DNA of 64,000 nt from Candidatus Bathyarchaeia archaeon (lineage in GTDB: Archaea > Thermoproteota > Bathyarchaeia > 40CM-2-53-6): NCBI GenBank assembly GCA_050013255.1, contig JBEKFP010000001.1:32001-96000 (forward strand), written 5' to 3'. The translations under genes and the position numbers were made by a program. This document shows, piece after piece, positions 56,666-64,000 of this stretch (position 1 is the stretch's first letter; the number at the start of each line of letters is the position of its first letter). The notes under the pieces are model-generated. The model saw nothing but the letters and a program-made list of their open reading frames with translations. It was not told the DNA's origin and did not search any database.

Positions 56666-57238
56666 TCACGTAGGCGGTTTCTCCCATAGCTCAAGGGTTT
56701 CTCTTTTCTTGCTCTCGCTCTTTATCTTTCTAAGCAGTTTGTACACGGTGGAATGCTGTTTACCTTTGAGTAATAGTTCAATTGCTTCCCTCGCAGCAGT
56801 CACGTCCTCATATTCGCCGATCGTAGAAATAGTATGGCCGTAGACCGAAACTTTCGCATCAGTCATTTCCTCTATTAACCTGCGAATCTTCCCCTCACGC
56901 CCAATCACCCGGCCCTTTAACCTCGCAATATCGTTTTCGTTTCTTCCGAACGTTTCCCTTAGGTCGATGATATCGAGAACGATGTCGTCATCGACAAGTT
57001 CCATAGCTCGTTCTGGCGAAAAGCCACGGCCAATCGCGAGAACCACATCGCGGGCGCGAAGGATTGTGGTCGGGTCGTCCGAATCTCCTCTGGGAACGAT
57101 TTCTACGACGCCGCCTTGGCTTTGGATTAGCAGGCGTGCTTTGAACGCGTGTTCAATCTTTCTTTTGGTGGAACCTTCCTTTCCGATAAGCACACCCATG
57201 CGCTCGAAGGGGATTGTTGTGCTAATTCGTGTCGACAT
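56666..57238 (-). CDS. KH-domain pre-rRNA processing protein (Dim2/Pno1)
   Basis: LIGKEG, GRGFSPE, GRVIGREG. Confidence 0.92.
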   Translation of the reverse strand: MSTRISTTIPFERMGVLIGKEGSTKRKIEHAFKARLLIQSQGGVVEIVPRGDSDDPTTILRARDVVLAIGRGFSPERAMELVDDDIVLDIIDLRETFGRNENDIARLKGRVIGREGKIRRLIEEMTDAKVSVYGHTISTIGEYEDVTAAREAIELLLKGKQHSTVYKLLRKIKSESKKRETLELWEKPPT

Positions 57239-58019
57239 CTTCACCGGTCACCCACTTCGTCAATCTCTCGATGGGGGGTACGGTCACACCGATTCGTGAG
57301 AAATATGTGTTCATGCGAACCAAGTCCCTCTCAAGAAAGCTATGGGCCATTGGGTGTTCCGGAGGAACGGCTTGGGCAAAGTCAAAGATTACCGGTTCGA
57401 GGTCAACTAGCATTATGTTATATTCACTTAGGTCGCCGTGTACGAGTCGCGCCTTTTGGTAGAGCGTTTTTACGGCTCCAACAATCTTGTCGTAGACCAG
57501 GGCTGGGTGGTCGAGGGGGGTTTCCCTTAACAGCGGAGCGGGGGTTCCGTTTCTACCGATAAATTCCATTAGCAGCACGTTTCCCTCAACCTTCAATGCG
57601 ACCGGCACTCGGACGCCCGCGTCTCGCGCCTGTTGCAGGTTCCTGAATTCCTTCAGGGCCCAAAGGTTGACGAGCGACCTTGTATCCTTTCTAGTGTTCT
57701 TGAACCTTTCATCGCCTTTTATGTACTTCATCCTCCCGCCGACGAATTCCGCTGATGTTGTCAAGAAAATCTTAATCGCCACTAATTTTTTTCTTCGACC
57801 TACGCCCCAATACAGGCGCGATTCTTTGCCCGAGCGCACTACCCCATTGATGTTTGAGATATATCCACGGTTTAAGAGGCGATATACTATCATCAGCGTC
57901 GATTTGTCGAAGACTTCTTCGAGAGATTCCATTTCCTCGCTACGTTTATTCCTCATTAGCCGTTTTTCCTCGTAGCGTGCAACCTTACGGCGTAGCTTCT
58001 GCTCGGCTAAGGACTCCAC
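57222..58019 (-). CDS. rio1: RIO1 serine kinase
   Basis: SGKES, LVHGDLSEYNI, IFDFAQAV. Confidence 0.95.
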   Translation of the reverse strand: MESLAEQKLRRKVARYEEKRLMRNKRSEEMESLEEVFDKSTLMIVYRLLNRGYISNINGVVRSGKESRLYWGVGRRKKLVAIKIFLTTSAEFVGGRMKYIKGDERFKNTRKDTRSLVNLWALKEFRNLQQARDAGVRVPVALKVEGNVLLMEFIGRNGTPAPLLRETPLDHPALVYDKIVGAVKTLYQKARLVHGDLSEYNIMLVDLEPVIFDFAQAVPPEHPMAHSFLERDLVRMNTYFSRIGVTVPPIERLTKWVTGEDVDTN

Positions 58020-58051
58020 CTATATCACCAAACAAGCTCATCTAATGATGG

Positions 58052-58357
58052 CTAAGCAACCAGACGGCCCTGGTTTCTTAGCCAGTTTGATTGGCTTTCC
58101 GTGTACCGCCAGAGGATGTCGCCCCTCGAGTCGGTTTGGAAATCCCATGGGGCGACCAAGACCGTGTCGCCGACTTTGATCCAGACTCGGCGCTTCATCT
58201 TGCCGCGGATACGGCACACTCTTTCGTGGCCATCTCCACATTTGACCATAAGCCGATCGTAGCCCAGCATCTGGGTTACGATTCCGAGCAGTTGCCCCTC
58301 GTCAGGCATGACCATTTCCCGGAGATCCCCTTCACTCAGAACCTTCTTTTTACCCAC
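58052..58357 (-). CDS. eif1a: Translation initiation factor aIF-1A
   Basis: CRIRGKMKRRVWIKVGDTVLVAPWDFQ. Confidence 0.96.
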   Translation of the reverse strand: MGKKKVLSEGDLREMVMPDEGQLLGIVTQMLGYDRLMVKCGDGHERVCRIRGKMKRRVWIKVGDTVLVAPWDFQTDSRGDILWRYTESQSNWLRNQGRLVA

Positions 58358-58448
58358 ACTCTTCCACCGAGGTTACGGCGCGATAATAATTCGGCCAGCC
58401 TAAATAAGGCTATTAGACTTTTGCCAGCGTTTCCCCTTTCAGCGTAAT

Positions 58449-58748
58449 TCACATGCGAACTATTTGGACGTGCGGAACGCCGCCGATATGGACGATTGCG
58501 GAAGGACTTACGAATCCCTTCTGAACTGCAGCTTCGACTATGCCCTCGCCGACTAGGTTGGCTATGTCAGCCGCACCGATCGCCTGAAGAGCGTCGTGGA
58601 TATTGGTGGAAACGCCCCTGTAGAAATCTACCTTTACCTCTAGCTTCAACTTTCCCTCGCGAAAGATTGCCCCGAGTAGTTCGGAATCGCAGGCGGCTAC
58701 GAGAGTATACTTTGTGTCCTTGAAAACACGGAGATAAACCTGATTCAA
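58449..58748 (-). CDS. DUF424 family protein
   Basis: LVAACDSELLG, FYRG, IANLVGE, GVPHVQ; start reset to TTG 58748. Confidence 0.85.
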   Translation of the reverse strand: MNQVYLRVFKDTKYTLVAACDSELLGAIFREGKLKLEVKVDFYRGVSTNIHDALQAIGAADIANLVGEGIVEAAVQKGFVSPSAIVHIGGVPHVQIVRM

Positions 58749-58764
58749 GTAGGGGTACACTTTC

Positions 58765-59175
58765 TCAGACGGGAAGTATGGAAGACTTCGCGCCGCAGGC
58801 TTCACAGCGGAGGAAAAGGTACCGCCCCTCTTTCTCAATCTTCGTGTCAGGCCGATTGCATATGGGGCAGATTACATACCGCTGGGCGTAAATGTTGAGA
58901 AGCCGCGTAACGGTTCCAACATCGAACCTGCCCTGGAATATCGCCCTCGCCCCATCCAGGGATGCAGCAGTCGCGAGTTCTCTGGATAGAAACTTGAGCA
59001 AATGGTGAGGCTCACGGTTGATCTTGTTGCTTATATCACCAAAATTCTGAATAATAGTTCTCCTACCCATCCGTATACCAACGACTCTCGGTATCTCGAA
59101 CCTTTCCCCCGTTCCAGCTGCCTTAGGCAGGTTGGCATAGGCTCGTTCAAGTAGCTTGTTGTAATCTCCGCTCAA
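58765..59175 (-). CDS. eif2b: Translation initiation factor aIF-2 beta
   Basis: ERFEIP, TIIQNF, CPICNRPDT...CEACGA. Confidence 0.96.
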   Translation of the reverse strand: MSGDYNKLLERAYANLPKAAGTGERFEIPRVVGIRMGRRTIIQNFGDISNKINREPHHLLKFLSRELATAASLDGARAIFQGRFDVGTVTRLLNIYAQRYVICPICNRPDTKIEKEGRYLFLRCEACGAKSSILPV

Positions 59176-59375
59176 GGTTGATTTCCAGCGGTAGATTATG
59201 AACAGCCATATTTCTTCGTTCCCCTTTGGGAAAGATATGTTAATGTGGTTACGGGGAGGCTAGCTTGAGGAAGCTGTCGGAGGGGCCGCATCTAAAGGTC
59301 ATCACAAAAAGGCACGAGAAGAACTCACTGCTTTCGAGTTCTTTGGAATGCGGGGCCGGCTGGAGATGGTCATGA

Positions 59376-61010
59376 ATGGGTAAATGGATTATCAACTCTG
59401 CTTGGCCTTACGTAAATTCAGTTCCCCACCTTGGAACATTCATCCACCTCCTCAGCGCGGACGTCTACACCAGATACCTCCGCCTCAAAGGCGAAGAAGT
59501 TATAGCAGTAACTGGCTCGGACGAGCATGGAACACCGATTGAGGTAGAAGCGATAAGCAAAGGTGTCCCACCGAAGCAGTTGACGGATGAAATTCACAAG
59601 CAAATCTGCAACTTGTTAGATGTGTACAATATACGATTTGACAATTACACAAGGACCGAAAACCCCGTCCACATCCGGTATACCCAAGACCTCTACCGAA
59701 AAGTATACGCGAATGGTTATGTGTATACGGAAAATGTCAACCTACCTTACTGTGAAAGGGACCAAAGATTCCTCCCCGACCGCTTTGTTGAAGGCACGTG
59801 CCCCCACTGCGCGTACGAACAAGCTAGGGGAGACCAATGCGAATCATGCGGCCGCGTACTAGACCCACTTGAATTAATCCGCCCAAAATGCGTTTTTTGC
59901 GGCTCAACGCCTACCGTTAAGTCGTCAACACACTGGTTCTTTGACCTCCCGAAGTTCCGGGATAAGCTCCTAAGACTAGTCCAAGAAAACAAACAGCTCC
60001 CGGAGAACGCCCGCAACTTCTCACTAAAATGGCTCGAAGAAGGACTCAAACCTCGAGCATTAACTAGAGACAACAAGTGGGGGATTCCAGCACCGTTTCC
60101 TGGAGCGGAAGGAAAAACCATCTACGTCTGGTTGGAAGCCGTCCTAGGCTACGTTTCAGCATCGATAGAATGGGCGGAAAAATCAGGAAAGCCCGATGCT
60201 TGGAAGGAATTTTGGTTCGACAAGCAGACCAAAAACGTGCATTTCATCGGGAAGGATAACATACCCTTCCACGTGATCATTTTTCCAAGCCTCCTCCTAG
60301 CCACGCATGAGGACTATGTGCTGCCATGGCAAGTCTCCTCAACCGAATTCATCTTGTTTGAGGGGCAGAAATTCTCGAAGAGCAAGAAGGTAGGAGTCTG
60401 GATTGATGAAGCGTTGAAAGTTGCCCCGGCCGAGTATTGGCGCTACATACTCATCGCTATACGACCGGAAGCTCGAGACGCAAACTTCACGTGGCGTGAC
60501 TTCGAAGCCCATATCAACAGCGAACTAAACGATGTACTCGGAAACTTCGTTCACCGCACCCTCACATTCGTCAACAACCAGTTCGATTCAAAAATCCCCG
60601 AGCCGCACGAGCTGGACGAGAAGGATGAGGCTTTGAAGAATCGAATAGAGTCATCACCGTTGAAGGTTGGCTCACTGTTCGACCAATTCCAGTTGAGGAG
60701 TGCCCTTGGAGAAATCATTGAACTTGCCCGGGCAGGTAATCAATACCTTAGTGAACGGGAACCCTGGCACCTCATAAAGAAGGACAAAGACAAAGCGTCT
60801 ACAACGCTTTACTTCGCCACGCAACTCGTCGGATCGATTAGCATCCTAATTTCCCCCGTCCTTCCGGAAACGGCCCAGCACATACGCGATCAACTCAACT
60901 TGACACATGATGTGAAGTGGTCGGACGCGGGAAAACTTGAGTTGGAAGTCGGCCACATCATAGGGAAAGCCACACCGCTCTTTCACAAGGTTTCAGCTCC
61001 AGCCCAGTGA
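59376..61010 (+). CDS. metG: Methionyl-tRNA synthetase (no C-terminal OB domain)
   Basis: SAWPYVNSVPHLG, GSDEHG, zinc knuckles, GKDNIPFH, KFSKS. Confidence 0.96.
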   Translation: MGKWIINSAWPYVNSVPHLGTFIHLLSADVYTRYLRLKGEEVIAVTGSDEHGTPIEVEAISKGVPPKQLTDEIHKQICNLLDVYNIRFDNYTRTENPVHIRYTQDLYRKVYANGYVYTENVNLPYCERDQRFLPDRFVEGTCPHCAYEQARGDQCESCGRVLDPLELIRPKCVFCGSTPTVKSSTHWFFDLPKFRDKLLRLVQENKQLPENARNFSLKWLEEGLKPRALTRDNKWGIPAPFPGAEGKTIYVWLEAVLGYVSASIEWAEKSGKPDAWKEFWFDKQTKNVHFIGKDNIPFHVIIFPSLLLATHEDYVLPWQVSSTEFILFEGQKFSKSKKVGVWIDEALKVAPAEYWRYILIAIRPEARDANFTWRDFEAHINSELNDVLGNFVHRTLTFVNNQFDSKIPEPHELDEKDEALKNRIESSPLKVGSLFDQFQLRSALGEIIELARAGNQYLSEREPWHLIKKDKDKASTTLYFATQLVGSISILISPVLPETAQHIRDQLNLTHDVKWSDAGKLELEVGHIIGKATPLFHKVSAPAQ

Positions 61011-61025
61011 TGGTGGCCCTAAAAG

Positions 61026-61655
61026 ATGCCTTCACTCAAGTTCGATTTGCATGTCCACACGGTCGGCTCGTACGACGGCCACACAAAACGCGAAGACTTG
61101 CCCCAGATTATTAGGAGCAGAGGGCTGGATGGCGTGGCGATCACAGAGCACGATGTTTTCGACCCGCCAAAACTTCAGAACGCATTGCTCTTGCCTGCAA
61201 TCGAGGTTTCTTCGGAGGAAGGGCATGTGTTAGGTCTTGGTGTTCGTGAACTTATCCCTGCAGGGCTTCCTGCGGATGAAACAATTCGCAGGATCCATGA
61301 TCAAGCTGGAGTGGCGATAATTCCCCACCCGTACGACCCCGTCTGTGAATGCGTGAAGCTTGCCCGATTGAAGGTCAGGCCGGACGCTGTGGAGACTGTA
61401 AACGCTGACGCCCTGTCGTTCTACGTTTCAAAGTGGTTGGCGCATAAAGACGCGCGCAGGTTCAACCTTCCAGAGGTCGGCGGTAGCGACTCTCATATCC
61501 CCCAGACTATCGGCGACGCCTACACCGTCATCGACGCTGCTTCCAGCGACCTCAAGGATATCATTGATGCCATTAAGTCTGGGAAGGTTCGCGCGGAAGG
61601 ACGCCCCACATCCGTGAGAAACAAGTTACGTAAACTAAGTTACAAGTTCAAGTGA
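61026..61655 (+). CDS. PHP-domain metal-dependent hydrolase
   Basis: DLHVHT, AITEHD, PHP, GGSDSH. Confidence 0.92.
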   Translation: MPSLKFDLHVHTVGSYDGHTKREDLPQIIRSRGLDGVAITEHDVFDPPKLQNALLLPAIEVSSEEGHVLGLGVRELIPAGLPADETIRRIHDQAGVAIIPHPYDPVCECVKLARLKVRPDAVETVNADALSFYVSKWLAHKDARRFNLPEVGGSDSHIPQTIGDAYTVIDAASSDLKDIIDAIKSGKVRAEGRPTSVRNKLRKLSYKFK

Positions 61656-62016
61656 GCTTAGGTTCGATCTGGTCGAGGCCTAGGTTTAGGTTAAGATGTT
61701 CCTCATCCGCGGATTCCGGCTCCATTTCGAACAAGTCGAAGGAACGGAGCATGTCCCGGAGGGAAAAGACTTGAGTCAACTTATCACCTGAGGTTGCTGA
61801 AACATTTCTCCTGGAGACCGGTCGGACTATATTTGGAAGGAGGTCTCATCGGTGGGCGTTTTGGCCATCATGAAGGTTGGTCGAAGGGCCCAAATCACGT
61901 TTAGGCCCTCGATATTTCTCCATGAATCAGGAAAGATTCCCTGTCCGAACATCAGAGTTTGCACTGTGTGTGCCTAGTTTTGGTTACAGGAGATTGGCCA
62001 TATTCACGGATAACCT

Positions 62017-62301
62017 TCAGCCTCCGCCGACGGGGGGTATGATTGCGAGGGTGCTCCCCTCCCTTAACAGTGTGAAGAATCCGTCAGTTTGGGAGATTGA
62101 TTTCTCGTTCAGAAGGAATTGGAGGTATTCACGCGGGTTTCCAGTGTCATCGAGGAGGTATTCCTTCAGTTTGTCTCCATGCTTTGCGGTCAAAAGGTCG
62201 AGGAGGTTTCGCACGTTCGCCCCAGCTGGAACGTCGATCGTCTCTTCACGTAGGTTAACTAATTCTCGAACTGAAGCAAAGTATTGGATTTTCACTTTCA
62301 A
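62017..62301 (-). CDS. MoaD/SAMP ubiquitin-like sulfur carrier
   Basis: Beta-grasp pattern (YFASVRE) and C-terminal PPVGGG. Confidence 0.92.
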   Translation of the reverse strand: MKVKIQYFASVRELVNLREETIDVPAGANVRNLLDLLTAKHGDKLKEYLLDDTGNPREYLQFLLNEKSISQTDGFFTLLREGSTLAIIPPVGGG

Positions 62302-62334
62302 AGGTTCTCACGTAATCGAATCCTGGTTCGGGAG

Positions 62335-63852
62335 TTACTTGCGTTTGGATATGTTCTTCTTCCATGTCAATTGCATCGACTTTGGCCTGTTGGCCTTGGC
62401 TTCGTCTATTCTTGTCACACTCGTTGCATGTGGGCTTGTTGCAGGTTGGTCGGAATTTGAGTAAGCTTCCTCGCTAATCTTGGCGAAGCCGTCGATCATT
62501 GCGTCAAGTTCCTCTTTGGCTACGGTTTCGGTTGGCTCAGCCATCATGGCCTCCTCTATGATTAAGGGGAAGTAGACCGTTGGCGGGTGTACTCCAAAAT
62601 CCAGCAACCTCTTTGCTACCTGAAGTGCTGTGACGCCCGTTTCCTTTGCGAGTGCTGACGCGGACAGGACGAATTCATGTTTCCTAGGAATCCCTTCTCC
62701 GTACGGAAGCGAGAAACCTTTGATTTTTCGAAGTTTTTCTGCCATGTAATTGGCGTTGAGAACAGCAATCTCCGACGCTGTTTCTAGGCCTTCCTTTCCA
62801 TGAAGAAGAATGTAGGTGTAAGCACGAAGGACTACGGCGGCGCTGCCGTGAAACGCTCTGACCTTCCCGATACTTTTCGGCCTGTTGTAGTCAAGGTAGT
62901 ACCTCTCTCCGTCAAATTCGACAGTCGGTACGGGCAAGTAGTCCTCGAGACGGCTCGTGACCCCAACTGGGCCGGCGCCCGGCCCACCTCCCCCGTGCGG
63001 TGTTGCGAAGGTTTTGTGCAGGTTGATGTGAACAATATCGAAGCCCATGTCGCCTGGTTTAGCCTTCCCCATGATCGCGTTGAGGTTTGCGCCGTCGTAG
63101 TAGAGCAGCCCGCCAGAATCATGAACTATGCCTGCGATTTCGAGGATCTTCCGTTCGAAAATCCCAAGTGTGTTTGGGTTTGTTACCATTAGGCCGGCCG
63201 TATTCGGTCCGACGGCGCTCTTTAGCGCCTCCGTATCCACGCAGCCCTCTGAATCTGAAGGAACCTCAACCACTTTGTAACCAGCCATTGCTGCGCTGGC
63301 AGGGTTCGTCCCATGGGCTGAATCAGGAACGATTATCTCATCACGCTTTGTGTCAGCCTTGTCGCGATGGTACGCTCGCATCAGCATGACACCAGTGTAT
63401 TCCCCGTGTGCTCCGGCCGCGGGTTGCAACGTTATCTTCTGCATCCCAACAATGTTCGCTAGAAAGTTCGCAGCCTCATAGAGGATTTGAAGAATGCCCT
63501 GTACGGTCCTCAGGTCTTGGTATGGGTGTAACTCTTGGATTTTATGTGAAGCAGCTACGAGATCACAAAGTTTCGGGTTGTATTTCATTGTGCAGCTTCC
63601 GAGCGGATAAAGGCCGAGGTCGACGCCGAAGTTTTCTTGCGAGAGTCGGGTGAAGTGACGAACTACTTCAATCTCCGAGACCTCAGGCAGCGATAATGGT
63701 GCAACGCGCCGAAGCTTCAGTGGGACACTTTCTAGGGCTGCATCGCGCTCCTTAGTGGAGGAGAGCGTATGGAAGCCGACTTTTCCTGGTCGGGACAATT
63801 CGATGATGGGGGGTTCGTCCCATTTCGCTTGACCATAGCCCATTAGTCTCAA
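62335..63852 (-). CDS. gcvPB: Glycine dehydrogenase (decarboxylating) subunit 2
   Basis: YPLGSCTMKYNP, AHGTNPASA, NLHKTFATPHGGGGPG. Confidence 0.96.
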   Translation of the reverse strand: MRLMGYGQAKWDEPPIIELSRPGKVGFHTLSSTKERDAALESVPLKLRRVAPLSLPEVSEIEVVRHFTRLSQENFGVDLGLYPLGSCTMKYNPKLCDLVAASHKIQELHPYQDLRTVQGILQILYEAANFLANIVGMQKITLQPAAGAHGEYTGVMLMRAYHRDKADTKRDEIIVPDSAHGTNPASAAMAGYKVVEVPSDSEGCVDTEALKSAVGPNTAGLMVTNPNTLGIFERKILEIAGIVHDSGGLLYYDGANLNAIMGKAKPGDMGFDIVHINLHKTFATPHGGGGPGAGPVGVTSRLEDYLPVPTVEFDGERYYLDYNRPKSIGKVRAFHGSAAVVLRAYTYILLHGKEGLETASEIAVLNANYMAEKLRKIKGFSLPYGEGIPRKHEFVLSASALAKETGVTALQVAKRLLDFGVHPPTVYFPLIIEEAMMAEPTETVAKEELDAMIDGFAKISEEAYSNSDQPATSPHATSVTRIDEAKANRPKSMQLTWKKNISKRK

Positions 63853-64000
63853 GCCCCCACGGTTTGCCGAAGCTTATCGGCGAGCATCTCGATGTCTCCG
63901 TGCGCGTGAACTTCCGTAAAGCAGTAAAGTGCTGTCTGGCCTAATTCCGGAAAATAAGCGCTCACGTCTAATCCGCCTTGGATCCCTGCCTTCAACAAGG
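63849..64000 (-). CDS. gcvPA: Glycine dehydrogenase subunit 1, C-terminal fragment (runs off the window)
   Basis: My translation ...LLKAGIQGGLDVSAYFPELGQTALYCFTEVHAHGDIEMLADKLRQTVGA*; stop overlaps the gcvPB start. Confidence 0.85.
   Translation of the reverse strand, partial: LLKAGIQGGLDVSAYFPELGQTALYCFTEVHAHGDIEMLADKLRQTVGA

Noticed and set aside
53986-59175. top6A-top6B-dim2-rio1-aIF1A-DUF424-aIF2beta cluster
   Set aside because: Well-known conserved archaeal gene neighbourhood
61656-62016. Gap between the PHP and MoaD genes; ORF 61877-62464
   Set aside because: The ORF is antisense to moaD/gcvPB, and I found no convincing gene or RNA structure in the gap

Overview
Archaeal chromosome segment. 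The marker genes are ABCE1, S8e, SRP19, aIF-1A, aIF-2beta, TopoVI, Cgi121, a GPN GTPase and a BHB-intron tRNA. SMC-ScpAB, a Vor-type oxidoreductase, GcvP and a multi-intron tRNA fit Bathyarchaeia or a related lineage (inference only). From ~13.9 kb to the end the window is mostly housekeeping and metabolic genes. The first ~13.9 kb is accessory: a glycosylation-type operon, then a 4.5 kb island (5852-10322). In that island four unrelated or paralogous genes, two of them PD-(D/E/Q)xK nuclease-like, are each separated by a novel repeat. The repeat combines CA-dinucleotide arms with a tRNA-3'-end-like GGTTCAAAT...CGCACCA motif and alternates strictly in orientation (+,-,+,-,+). This looks like a recombination-site-delimited gene-cassette array with no recombinase in the window, and it is the best candidate for an undescribed system. 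Other highlights: a tRNA-Asn(GTT) with three BHB introns, one at the unusual 8/9 position; a DUF6390-like protein whose C-terminus looks like a HypC domain, next to a HypC that lacks its conserved His; an unannotated 32-aa Asp/Glu/Trp micropeptide upstream of ABCE1; a deazaflavin-nitroreductase/methyltransferase fusion; and a CBS+HPF-like hibernation factor. All calls come from reading motifs by eye; no database searches were run.
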